Assembly (NCBI GenBank): GCA_965662845.1
Contig: CBFIJD010000009.1
Coordinates: forward strand, 1 to 64,000
DNA: 64,000 bases
Direction: 5' to 3'
DNA from: an uncultured bacterium
Lineage (GTDB): Bacteria; SAR324; NAC60-12
The stretch's first letter is position 1, and each line of letters begins with the position of its first letter. A program made the translations under genes and the position numbers. The notes under the pieces were generated by a model. That model saw nothing but the letters and a program-made list of their open reading frames with translations. It had not been told where the DNA came from and searched no databases. Positions 28,556 to 37,763 of this stretch are shown one piece after another.

Positions 28556-29836
28556 TCAAGCGGAACGGCGCTGTTGTCGCCAGTGCCAAGCCCACGCAGG
28601 GGCCAATAACAGAAGCGCGAGACCCCACGCTTCGATGTCCACCCAAAACGCTAGGAAGAAACAACCGCTGAGGCCCGCCCATGTGAGCCCAATCGGAAAG
28701 AGACGCTGCGCAGAGGGCATCAACAAAGCGGAGAGATTCGTGATGCCATAATACAAAAGCACTGTGACTGCGCTCAAAGACCACGTGAGGCCAACGTCCC
28801 CAATCAAGCACAAGGCGGCGATGACGCCTCCCATCACCCACACCGAGTGGTGCGGACTACCGCTGGAGTCAATCTCCGCGAACCAGCTGGGCAAGTCTTC
28901 TCGACGTCCCATGGCTAACAAAACGCGGGATAACCCCAGCACTAAGTTCAAGAGAACTCCGAGCATCGCAGTCACAGATCCCACTAAGATTAGAAACTGC
29001 TGGAAGCCCGACTGCCAAGCGTCAGCGATGCGCTCTAAGGGGACGGCTTGGGTGACAGCTCCCATGTCTGTAGGCAGAGACGGCAAGTTGTCTGCGACCA
29101 CCAAACCGACTCCACCGTACAGGATCACCGAGGTCCCTAACGTCCAGAACATTGCTTGGGGGATGGTTTTGCGTGGATCGCGGACTTCTTCACTCATTGT
29201 CGCGATGCGTCCATAGCCAGTGTAGGCCACAAACATCAGCGCGGTTGCTTGGAAGATGTCGCCGAGTCCAATGTCGGGGCGGTGGTTCGTCCACTCTTCG
29301 CTGGCTTCTGCCGATAAGAACACACCGCCCAGCAGAAACATTCCGAGCACAAACAGCGTTGTGCCGACGATGTAGGTGTTGATTTGATTGGAACGCCGAA
29401 TGCCCCGCGCGACGAGCCAAGTCATCGCCAAAGTCAGCAAAAAAGCCCCGGCTCTCAGCGTGCCCCCTGAGATGTTGATGCCCAGTGCGTACACGGTGTA
29501 GCTGACGGCTCCCAGCGCTGCGGTTGCCGCAGACGCACTCTTGGCAACCAAAAAGAGCCACCCCGCGCTCAATCCAGCCAAGGGGTGCACGCAGCGATAG
29601 CCGTATTCGTAGGTCCCGCCGCTCACAGGAAAAGCCGCCGCTAACTGAGCGCTATTGAGGCCGTTGCAAACTGCGACACCTCCAGCGAGCAAAATGGCGA
29701 GGACTACCCAATAGCCGCTGATCTCGGTGGCGAGGCCAACGCTCACAAAAATGCCAGTCCCTACAATGGAGCCAAGCCCCAGGAAAACAGCACCCACGAG
29801 ACCGACTTCCTGACGCAGAGAACCCTTCGCAGACAT
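28556..29836 (-). CDS. APC-family amino acid permease
   Basis: GSIVGTGIF, PVSGGTYEY, FVAYTGY.RIAT..EEVRDP.K.IP; about 12 TM helices. Confidence 0.9.
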   Translation of the reverse strand: MSAKGSLRQEVGLVGAVFLGLGSIVGTGIFVSVGLATEISGYWVVLAILLAGGVAVCNGLNSAQLAAAFPVSGGTYEYGYRCVHPLAGLSAGWLFLVAKSASAATAALGAVSYTVYALGINISGGTLRAGAFLLTLAMTWLVARGIRRSNQINTYIVGTTLFVLGMFLLGGVFLSAEASEEWTNHRPDIGLGDIFQATALMFVAYTGYGRIATMSEEVRDPRKTIPQAMFWTLGTSVILYGGVGLVVADNLPSLPTDMGAVTQAVPLERIADAWQSGFQQFLILVGSVTAMLGVLLNLVLGLSRVLLAMGRREDLPSWFAEIDSSGSPHHSVWVMGGVIAALCLIGDVGLTWSLSAVTVLLYYGITNLSALLMPSAQRLFPIGLTWAGLSGCFFLAFWVDIEAWGLALLLLAPAWAWHWRQQRRSA

Positions 29837-29880
29837 GCATGCTCCGTGGTTTGATGTTGATGGTTGAGACGTGAGCAGAG

Positions 29881-29900
29881 CAGCTCAGCAGCCTGAGCTG
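29881..29900. terminator. Perfect hairpin downstream of prkA
   Basis: CAGCTCAG-cagc-CTGAGCTG; no clear U-tract. Confidence 0.35.
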
Positions 29901-29980
29901 AGGTGGTGTCGGATGTGCCAGACAGCTTTCAAGCGGTGCTTAGTCGCCCGCTGGGAGGACACGAACGACAGAGCCCTAAT

Positions 29981-32488
29981 TTAGCTGAGGATTTCTTTGA
30001 ACGAGACAATTTCTTTACGGAGGGCATAGACAATGGTCGTGAGGGCGATGCTGCGCGAGTAATTGTAGCGCTGGTGCATGTTGGTGATGATGCTTTCGAC
30101 AAGGTTTTGCACCGCAGGTTCGTAGTTTTTGTAGAGATCGAGATCGTTCAATTTGTGGAAGAAGGCGTTGTGCAAGACTTCGGGGTTGATGTCATCTTCC
30201 ATTTTTCGGTGTGACAGCGCGCGGGCATATTCTTGAGCGAAGCATCCGAGCAAGTTGTCATGACGCGAGTTGATGATCGCTCGGTTGGGCTCTAGGACGA
30301 GGTCACCGCTGGACTGCAAATCGAGAAATTTCTGGGCCATCTCTTGGCGGAACAGCTCGTTGTCTCCCTCGGGTTGCAGCACTTCTTCCATTGACTCCAT
30401 GTAGTTGAAGTCGGGCTCTTCGACTTTCTGTCCATTGGCGGGGTCAATGAAGCTGAACTTGGGAATCATCACATGCGCGAAGGCTTTGTTGCGTTGGGCG
30501 CGAGCCAGCAGGGCGTATTGCAGATATCGGCGGAGATCGGCTTCAATTTGTTTGGGGTCTCTGTCGACGGTACACACGGTGATTTCACGGCGAATGATGC
30601 TGAAGTAGAGGAATTTCACGACACTGACGAGCCCCTGATAGTCGCCGTAGTCTCCTTCGCCCTCCTCCAGGTCCCAGCGGTCAATTCTGCGCTCCATCAG
30701 CGGCTTGCGCTTGCGAGTGTAGCGGGTGTCAATTTCGAGCCAGTGATGCAGATCGGGCCCTTCTGAGATAATGCGTTTGAGTTGGCTGAGAAAAATGCCG
30801 ACATGCACTTTGAGGCCGTCGGAACCGGCGACGGTATTTCGCATGACGTTTTGCAGTTGACGAATGGAGATGCCGTTGCGGCCTTCGTTGGGATAGTGCT
30901 CTTTCCACAGCTCGCGCATGAATTCGTCGTCAATGAGGCGCAGCTCTTCTTCGTCGAAGAGCCCAGAGTCTCGCAAGGAGACCGCTTCGGGGTGGTGCGC
31001 GATGCGGTCGCGAAAGCTGCTCTCGTCGTGAAGTTGGAGCCCGACCCGCAGCGCCTCGTTGCGGAAGGGGTGCCAGTGTGGCAGCTTTTTGATCGTGTTG
31101 ACGGGGTCTTCTGCGAGCGCGGAATAAATGAACAATTTCTGCTCAGGCGTAATGCTGAGATAAAGATCGATTTTGCGCTGGGGCCATGAGACTGGAAACC
31201 GTTTGCGCATCGGAGGTAGGAGGCGCGTCATCACAGAGTAGTACGACGCGACGCGCAGCAGGTTAGGATCGACGTCGTACTTCTCGCGCATGTTGGAGAG
31301 GTCGCGGCGCAAGATGTCGGTCTCAGAACTCGCGTCGAGGAGATAATTGACCGGTACTTTTTCGATGCGATCCAACAGCTTGGAAGAGGTCAGTTGATGG
31401 TCGAGAAGCTCCATCTCTTCGATGTTCGTGGTGAGGATCACCGTGCTATCGACCGCTGTTTGGGTCGATTCGATGGAGACTCGTCCGCTGCCGAGCAGCA
31501 TCAACAGCGGCTTGTAGTCGCTCTCACGGATGCGCTCGCCGCTGACTCCAAACGCGTCGTGAATGTGCAAAATGCCCCGATTGGCTCCGACAATGGAGCC
31601 CTCGTAGTGTTTCAGCGTTTTTCCAGGCAAGTGCTCATTAACAATCGCCATATCTTCGCTGTTCAGGTCGAAGGGGCTGACGTTGACCCGCAGGTGCTGC
31701 ATGTCGTCAATATTCGAGATGCCCTTGGCTTGGGCGCCCGAGAACTCAATCTCTTCAATGCGCACATATTCTTCTAGCAGCTCATAGAGCGTCAGGCCTT
31801 TGTTCTTGGGGTGGTTGATGAGTTCTTCCAAGATCTCGAGCGTCTTCTTGTCAAGGTTGGCGTTTTGATAAAAGGCGGGGATCATCAGATGCGCGCCGGA
31901 GTTTCGTTGCTGATTCAAATAATCGAACAGCTCTTGGCGTGGTCGGATCAAGCTGCCATCGTCTTTTTGCAACAACGTTGGGAAGAGCAACAGAGGGTTG
32001 TGATGAAAGGCGGAGTGCACCTCTACACTGCGGGTCTTCTCTTGGTTTTGGAAGAAGAAGAAGAAGGAGTAGAGTTTGATCTTCGCTTGTTTGGTATATT
32101 CTTCCACCGCGCGAATGATGAGGTCTACGACGTTGGTTTTGCCGGAAGCAGGTGGGCCGACGAGGATGATGCCTCGGTTGGGGCCGACTTCTTTGTCTGC
32201 CGATTCGATGATGTCGAGCACCTGTTTGATGCAGAACTCTTGTCCAAACACGGCGTTGATGCCGTTGCTGAAGGGGTCTTTGAAGACGTTGTAGCTGATC
32301 ACGGGTTCGCCGCTGCGCACAACGATGTCGTAGCCAAAGTATTTGATGGCCTCAGAGATGATCGAGGAAGAGGTCTGGAGGTGCGTTTGGGGGGCTCGCT
32401 GGAATTCGTCGACGAACTCCGAGAAGCGAAGCGTGTGTTTGCGCTGGTAGCCCAGTAATTCACGAAGTTGTAACGGCAGCTCAGGCAT
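29981..32488 (-). CDS. PrkA/YeaG-like AAA+ ATPase (serine protein kinase family), divergent and enlarged
   Basis: Walker A GPPASGKT, GANRG, LLDRIEKVPVNYLL, EG..GIS.R, C-terminal Y....A; ATG 32488 preceded by GGAGG. Confidence 0.8.
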   Translation of the reverse strand: MPELPLQLRELLGYQRKHTLRFSEFVDEFQRAPQTHLQTSSSIISEAIKYFGYDIVVRSGEPVISYNVFKDPFSNGINAVFGQEFCIKQVLDIIESADKEVGPNRGIILVGPPASGKTNVVDLIIRAVEEYTKQAKIKLYSFFFFFQNQEKTRSVEVHSAFHHNPLLLFPTLLQKDDGSLIRPRQELFDYLNQQRNSGAHLMIPAFYQNANLDKKTLEILEELINHPKNKGLTLYELLEEYVRIEEIEFSGAQAKGISNIDDMQHLRVNVSPFDLNSEDMAIVNEHLPGKTLKHYEGSIVGANRGILHIHDAFGVSGERIRESDYKPLLMLLGSGRVSIESTQTAVDSTVILTTNIEEMELLDHQLTSSKLLDRIEKVPVNYLLDASSETDILRRDLSNMREKYDVDPNLLRVASYYSVMTRLLPPMRKRFPVSWPQRKIDLYLSITPEQKLFIYSALAEDPVNTIKKLPHWHPFRNEALRVGLQLHDESSFRDRIAHHPEAVSLRDSGLFDEEELRLIDDEFMRELWKEHYPNEGRNGISIRQLQNVMRNTVAGSDGLKVHVGIFLSQLKRIISEGPDLHHWLEIDTRYTRKRKPLMERRIDRWDLEEGEGDYGDYQGLVSVVKFLYFSIIRREITVCTVDRDPKQIEADLRRYLQYALLARAQRNKAFAHVMIPKFSFIDPANGQKVEEPDFNYMESMEEVLQPEGDNELFRQEMAQKFLDLQSSGDLVLEPNRAIINSRHDNLLGCFAQEYARALSHRKMEDDINPEVLHNAFFHKLNDLDLYKNYEPAVQNLVESIITNMHQRYNYSRSIALTTIVYALRKEIVSFKEILS

Positions 32489-32501
32489 GGGAACCTCCTG
32501 T

Positions 32502-34121
32502 TCAAATGCGGAAGGGTTTCTCCGAATTGCGCATACGCTCCAAGATGCTTTCAAACCGTACGGCGGTCACGACAGTTTCCTTGAAGAGATTCGCTGAGAA
32601 GGAATAAAGCCAGTTGCGCGACACCAGATAGACCGGCGCTTTCCAAATCATATTGAGGTTCTTCAGCGTCGGCTTGATCCAGTCTTTGCGCAAACGGCGA
32701 CCATCATCACGGTGATACAGTAGCAAGCCGCCATCTTGGAAGTCAGTATCAATGATGTAAATACGAGGGCGATAAAAGTGGGTGAAGAAGTTCAACATCT
32801 CGCCTTTGATCGGCTCAGGATCGATCCACACAAACTGTCGGTCTTCTTGCACGACGCTGTCTGGTGGAATGCGGAGGCGTTGGGCCTCGCGCTTGTGGAA
32901 GCGGTTCAGGTGAAACTCGTGAATCAGCTCGGGAGTCAAGAAGCGACGCAGAAACTCGTAGTCGGTTACTGTGCGAACCAGATGCTCCATATTTTTGATC
33001 GGGGCGTTGGAGCCATTGCGCTGCCAGTTGTCTTTGACCTCTTGGTTGGTCTCTTCAACGTACTCAAGGCTCACTTTGCCGTCTCGGTACAGCTCTTCGA
33101 TGTGGTTCCACATGTAGAACCCGAGATGATACGGGTTGCGCTGATAGTAAGGTCGTGGATAGCAGACTCCTGAGAACACCCGCGAGTAGTCGATGATACC
33201 TTTGACGGCTTTTTCTTTGAAGAGTTCGAGCATGATCTTCTTTTCCCAATACATCGCCCAGCCTTCGTTCATGATCTGTGTGCGGATCACAAAGTCGTGC
33301 GTAGAGTGGACGGCATACATGTAGTCCAGCAACACTTTCTCGCTGCGACTGGTGGGGGCGTGATTTTTGAGAAATCCCAAAATGTCTTGGCAAGGCGCCT
33401 TGAGTTTGTAACCTCGACGACTCAGCGTCTCTTGACGCATTTTGGTTTGCATCTCGCGTTGCCACGTCGTTTCGGGGCTGACCGAGTGGAGCAACGAATC
33501 CAAGGTAGAAGAAGAGGGAGAGAAGAGCGACGGAGTCTTCTCTTCGGGCACGTGCGTGTCGGTCTCTTGTTGGTGAGTGGTCTCGGTTTCAACGGAGCGA
33601 GCAAGGTTGAACTGCGAGTGGGGTGAAATGAGCGGGACGATGGATTCACAAGCGTTCCAAAACTGTGAGTAGTGAATCTCGCCCATTTGTTGCCGCGCGC
33701 GCTCAGCTTGCCGCACCAAATACATCACCGTCTCGGTGCGATCGGAGGTTGAGTCTTTGAGGACGTTCAACTCTGAAAATTCACAGTGTCCGACGACGTG
33801 AGCCATGACGGAGGCCTGCATCATCGGAGAGTTCGTGCTGTTCAGATAGGCGTAGGAGGGATTGCCTGTCTGCACCACCTCATAATAGATGCTGGATTCC
33901 TGCCCTGACTCCACCCGATATTTGCGGGTGACCATGCGTTTGCCTTCCCAAATATTCAGGGGGCTAGTGGGGTATACATATTTCTCAAGCAACGACATGA
34001 ACTCCAAGCCGTCGAGAATGAAAAAGCGCATCTCTGGCAAAGTGCGCCCAAACGCGTTCGCGTGGTGGACGACGCGCTGCTCAAGAGCGTGGAGTTCCGG
34101 ATCAGTTTGCACACTGCGCAT
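32502..34121 (-). CDS. SpoVR/YcgB family protein
   Basis: IYYEVV..NPSYAYL, VMAHVVGHCEF, TQIMNEGWA.YW, NPYHLG, P.I.I.D.DF..G.L.L.H. Confidence 0.88.
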   Translation of the reverse strand: MRSVQTDPELHALEQRVVHHANAFGRTLPEMRFFILDGLEFMSLLEKYVYPTSPLNIWEGKRMVTRKYRVESGQESSIYYEVVQTGNPSYAYLNSTNSPMMQASVMAHVVGHCEFSELNVLKDSTSDRTETVMYLVRQAERARQQMGEIHYSQFWNACESIVPLISPHSQFNLARSVETETTHQQETDTHVPEEKTPSLFSPSSSTLDSLLHSVSPETTWQREMQTKMRQETLSRRGYKLKAPCQDILGFLKNHAPTSRSEKVLLDYMYAVHSTHDFVIRTQIMNEGWAMYWEKKIMLELFKEKAVKGIIDYSRVFSGVCYPRPYYQRNPYHLGFYMWNHIEELYRDGKVSLEYVEETNQEVKDNWQRNGSNAPIKNMEHLVRTVTDYEFLRRFLTPELIHEFHLNRFHKREAQRLRIPPDSVVQEDRQFVWIDPEPIKGEMLNFFTHFYRPRIYIIDTDFQDGGLLLYHRDDGRRLRKDWIKPTLKNLNMIWKAPVYLVSRNWLYSFSANLFKETVVTAVRFESILERMRNSEKPFRI

Positions 34122-34136
34122 AGGGCTACCGTGGGA

Positions 34137-35201
34137 TCAGTGATCAGAGAATAAGGTTTTGATGACTTCAATCGTCTCGAGTTTGTCATTGAGCTCTCCG
34201 AGGCGAATGATGGAGTCGCGATAGAATTGCGTGGCCACCTGCCGGTTCAGCAAGCTCAGGCGCCCTGGTTGAACCTCGATAATCCCGATGCGATTGAAGA
34301 TCGGGCGCATGTTCTCTTCCAAAATGCGCACAATCTCTTTGGCGTCATCATCAAACAGCTCGCCATCGCCGAAATAAAAGCCGTAGAAGTTTGTTGCAGC
34401 CGGGTCATATTCGTTGGTCGCAATTTGATGCACCAGCTGATAGACCGGCGCGGCATGGGTGCCACCGGAGTTGCCTACTTGGTAAAACTCGTCGCCTTGC
34501 ACTTCATACGCGTCGGCGTCATGCACAAAAAAACGATGCTCAACATTCTTGGGCCCATAATTAAAATCGATCCAATTTTGAATGAAGTTGACCAGCCGTT
34601 TCTCTAAGCGCAGGCGCTCGCCATACGTCGAGTACGAGATGTCTCCCATGTAAAAGACAACGGCTTTGAACTTGGGCTTCTCTACGCGCTCAGGGACTTT
34701 GTAGCGCCGATCTCGCCGCATGATTTGGAAGTCGTAGCGTCCTTGCTGCGGTGCGTAGACTTGCATGCCGATGCTGGTGCGCAGCGCTCGCTTAAAGGTG
34801 CGCTTTTTGTCCAGAACGATCCCGGAAGGCGCGAAGGTCTTGAACTCGTAGGAGACCTCTTTGATTTTGCCGCGTCCCATTTTGGTTAGATTAGGCAAGC
34901 GCAGAGACTGCGCAACCCGCTCCATCAAAAATTGGAAGGGCACATTGAAGCGAATTTTTCCTCCGCCGCTGCCCGGACCGGCTCCTCCGGCTCCCCCACC
35001 TCCGTCCGATTCGTCGCCGTAAACAAAGGTTGGCGCAACGATGTCGTCAATCTCAACCAGAACATCGCTGCCTCGCTCTCCAAAGTTCTCCAGGTCTCCT
35101 TCGGTGAGGATCGTGTCAACGAGATTTTCTAGCTGTTCTTCGATGAACTCATTAAACGCGCCTTCTGACTCGCCTGAGTTGATGTGATCCGTTGCGTTCA
35201 T
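34137..35201 (-). CDS. DUF444 (YeaH/YhbH) vWA-like protein
   Basis: Gly-rich linker, LRLPNL, DKKRT, MIDAS-like DISYS, SGGT, YFGDGE; adjacent to spoVR and prkA. Confidence 0.82.
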   Translation of the reverse strand: MNATDHINSGESEGAFNEFIEEQLENLVDTILTEGDLENFGERGSDVLVEIDDIVAPTFVYGDESDGGGGAGGAGPGSGGGKIRFNVPFQFLMERVAQSLRLPNLTKMGRGKIKEVSYEFKTFAPSGIVLDKKRTFKRALRTSIGMQVYAPQQGRYDFQIMRRDRRYKVPERVEKPKFKAVVFYMGDISYSTYGERLRLEKRLVNFIQNWIDFNYGPKNVEHRFFVHDADAYEVQGDEFYQVGNSGGTHAAPVYQLVHQIATNEYDPAATNFYGFYFGDGELFDDDAKEIVRILEENMRPIFNRIGIIEVQPGRLSLLNRQVATQFYRDSIIRLGELNDKLETIEVIKTLFSDH

Positions 35202-35388
35202 GCTAAATTTTTGGCGTTGTGCGTAGGTTTACAGCATTGAATGTGATCCACTTGCATCCTTCTAGGGCTAGAACATCTGTCACAGGGAAGCAATAGCTTT
35301 CGACAAAAAAACGTCCACAGAATCAAAGGCAGCTTGGAAAATTTCTGTTTTGATTTCAGAGGGTTGCTCAGGAAAGAGGACAGCGATT

Positions 35389-36120
35389 TTAGCGAGGGCT
35401 CTTTTCTGCGTTGGACAGTTGCCACGAGCGTAAAGCGAGCAAAAGTCCGGTCGGTTCGCGTTCATGGGGTGGGAGCGCTGCGTCGATTTCCTGCAATTCG
35501 TGCAGACGTTGCATAAGGCGATCCAGTTCGCGCAGCAACAGGCGACGGGATTCGGGAGAAAGTTGGGGATTCGCGAAGCACCAGCGGTCATCGGCCTGCG
35601 AAAAGGAGCCGCTGAAGAAGTCTTTCAGCGCCGTTTTGCCATGCAGCTGCCAGAGAGGGCTCTCGGCTTGCCAGAGCAAACTGCGGTCAATGCAAAGTCG
35701 GACACGATCTTCGGGCAGCCACTCGATCAGGCCCAGCTGCTCCAGCTCGTGGAGGTTCCGGCGGATCTCTCCAGCCGTGAAGGAAAACTCTTCGACAATC
35801 GCAGGGACAGCCCACCCGTTGCAGAGCAGCAACAACAACAACATGAGCTGTGGTCGACAGGCCAGCTCTTGTTGTTGACGTTCGCTAAAGCCGGAGACCG
35901 CCGGGAGCCGTTCGCGGCTCATCTTGACCAAGTCATAGAGTTCGAGCCCCAAGACCCCACAAATCTTTTCCAGACGCTTGAGGCTGAGAGATTGATCGGA
36001 AAACAGTCGCTTCACGCTGGACTCGCTCAATTTGAGGCGTTGGCCCAAGCTGCGATACGTAATGCCTTTGATCTTCAGGTAGTGCTTGAGCGTCTCCAGT
36101 AGGCGGGCTGTCTGCGTCAT
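35389..36120 (-). CDS. XRE-family helix-turn-helix transcriptional regulator
   Basis: LK..LK.KGITY..L...L.LSESSVKRLFS..SL.RLE.IC, second wHTH-like segment LHELEQLGLIE. Confidence 0.85.
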   Translation of the reverse strand: MTQTARLLETLKHYLKIKGITYRSLGQRLKLSESSVKRLFSDQSLSLKRLEKICGVLGLELYDLVKMSRERLPAVSGFSERQQQELACRPQLMLLLLLLCNGWAVPAIVEEFSFTAGEIRRNLHELEQLGLIEWLPEDRVRLCIDRSLLWQAESPLWQLHGKTALKDFFSGSFSQADDRWCFANPQLSPESRRLLLRELDRLMQRLHELQEIDAALPPHEREPTGLLLALRSWQLSNAEKSPR

Positions 36121-36414
36121 AGCTTTCTGATACTACGAGTGCTGGAAAATAAGACTTTGAGAATTCTACTTTTCATCGGGAGTGACGCTCGTTAGGATGC
36201 GTCGCAATTTTGGTTTCTTTCTTGAAGACCTCATCTGCGAAGGTTTTTCCTTCCCCCGCCCCCTCTAGGGAGAAGGAACAGGCAACATCGGACACCGATG
36301 TCTTTTCCGAGATCTTCTTCCGCTTCGTTCCGCACTTCGCTATTCACTTTCTGGCCCCAAGCGCGCGATCGCAGCATTTCCCACCACAGCGTGAAAAAAA
36401 TTGGAGAACAGCAC

Positions 36415-37704
36415 ATGACGAAAATGGTTGACGATTTCCGTTGGACTTTAGGCAAGCGCGAAATAGTCCCAATCATCACAGGCGGCATGGGAGTAGACAT
36501 CTCCACCGCAGCCCTAGCCTTAGAAGCCGCTCGCTTGGGCGGAATTGGGCATATCTCTGACGCGATGGTCCCAACTGTAACAGATCGTCGATACCAAACG
36601 CGTTTTGTTCAGGAGAAGTACCAGAAGTACAAATACAACGTCAACAATACGGAAAAATCTGAAGTGCAGTTTGATACTGATCAGGTAAAAGAAGCTGCGC
36701 GTCTGCACTCTAGCCGCACGATGGAAGCGAAGAAGGGCAAAGGCATGATCTTCGTCAATTGCATGGAAAAACTCTCCATGAACAACCCGCGAGAGACACT
36801 ACGTGCGCGCCTCGAAGGGGCCATGGATGGGGGCATTGATGGCATCACACTCAGCGCCGGGTTGCACCTTGGGTCGTTTGGCCTCATCGCCGACCATCCT
36901 CGTTTCCGTGACACGATGCTCGGAATTATCGTCTCGTCGGTGCGAGCGTTGAAGCCGTTTCTGAAGCGCGCGTCGAAAGTCGACCGGATGCCCGACTTTA
37001 TCGTCGTGGAAGGGCCTCTCGCTGGAGGACACTTAGGCTTCGGCATGGACTGGGCTCAATTTGATTTGAAGACGATCTTCTGCGAGGTTCGAGACTTCCT
37101 CAAAGCGAACGATTTGAACATTCCCGTGATTCCTGCGGGAGGAATCTTCACCGGAACCGACGCGGTTGAATATCTGGAAGACGGCGCGGCAGCCGTACAA
37201 GTGGCGACTCGCTTTACGGTCTCCGAAGAGTGCGGTCTGACGCCCAAAGCCAAGCAGGCTTACTTCGCCGCGCAAGAAGCAGATGTGGTCGTGAATCAAG
37301 TGTCTCCGACGGGCTATCCCATGCGCATGCTCACCAACTCACCGGGGATCAATCAAGGAATTCGTCCGAATTGTGAAGCCTTCGGTTACATCCTCGACAG
37401 CGATGGCCACTGCGGCTACGTCGAAGCGTACAACCGCGAGGTGGAGCGTGTGGCGCAAACGGGGGAAAAGCTGATCGTGAAAGACAAAACCTGCCTCTGC
37501 ACGCAGATGCGTAATCACAAAATTTGGACGTGTGGCCACTACGTCTATCGTTTGAAAGACACGACGCGTCAACTTCCAGACGGCTCCTACCAGCTGCTCA
37601 GCGCAGAGCACATCTTTCAGGACTACCAGTATAGTCGCGAACACGAGGTGAAGTTGCCCGAACTAGCGCAGAAGACTCCCGAACTGGAGACCGCCGTCGC
37701 TTGA
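36415..37704 (+). CDS. Nitronate monooxygenase / FabK-like FMN enzyme with Cys-rich C-terminus
   Basis: PII.GGMGVDIS, VEGPLAGGHLG, IPAGGI, VQVATRF, SPTGYPMR, CLC; ATG 36415 after GGAG. Confidence 0.85.
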   Translation: MTKMVDDFRWTLGKREIVPIITGGMGVDISTAALALEAARLGGIGHISDAMVPTVTDRRYQTRFVQEKYQKYKYNVNNTEKSEVQFDTDQVKEAARLHSSRTMEAKKGKGMIFVNCMEKLSMNNPRETLRARLEGAMDGGIDGITLSAGLHLGSFGLIADHPRFRDTMLGIIVSSVRALKPFLKRASKVDRMPDFIVVEGPLAGGHLGFGMDWAQFDLKTIFCEVRDFLKANDLNIPVIPAGGIFTGTDAVEYLEDGAAAVQVATRFTVSEECGLTPKAKQAYFAAQEADVVVNQVSPTGYPMRMLTNSPGINQGIRPNCEAFGYILDSDGHCGYVEAYNREVERVAQTGEKLIVKDKTCLCTQMRNHKIWTCGHYVYRLKDTTRQLPDGSYQLLSAEHIFQDYQYSREHEVKLPELAQKTPELETAVA

Positions 37705-37763
37705 TTTGGAGAGGGGCTGCCCAAAAAGCAGCCTCTGTTTGGTTTGCCCTTCCCTGATGCCCG

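Noticed and set aside
35301..35318. Sigma54-like promoter upstream of DUF444 (expected by analogy with yeaGH)
   Set aside because: The minus strand reads TGG-N10-GT rather than the required GG-N10-GC
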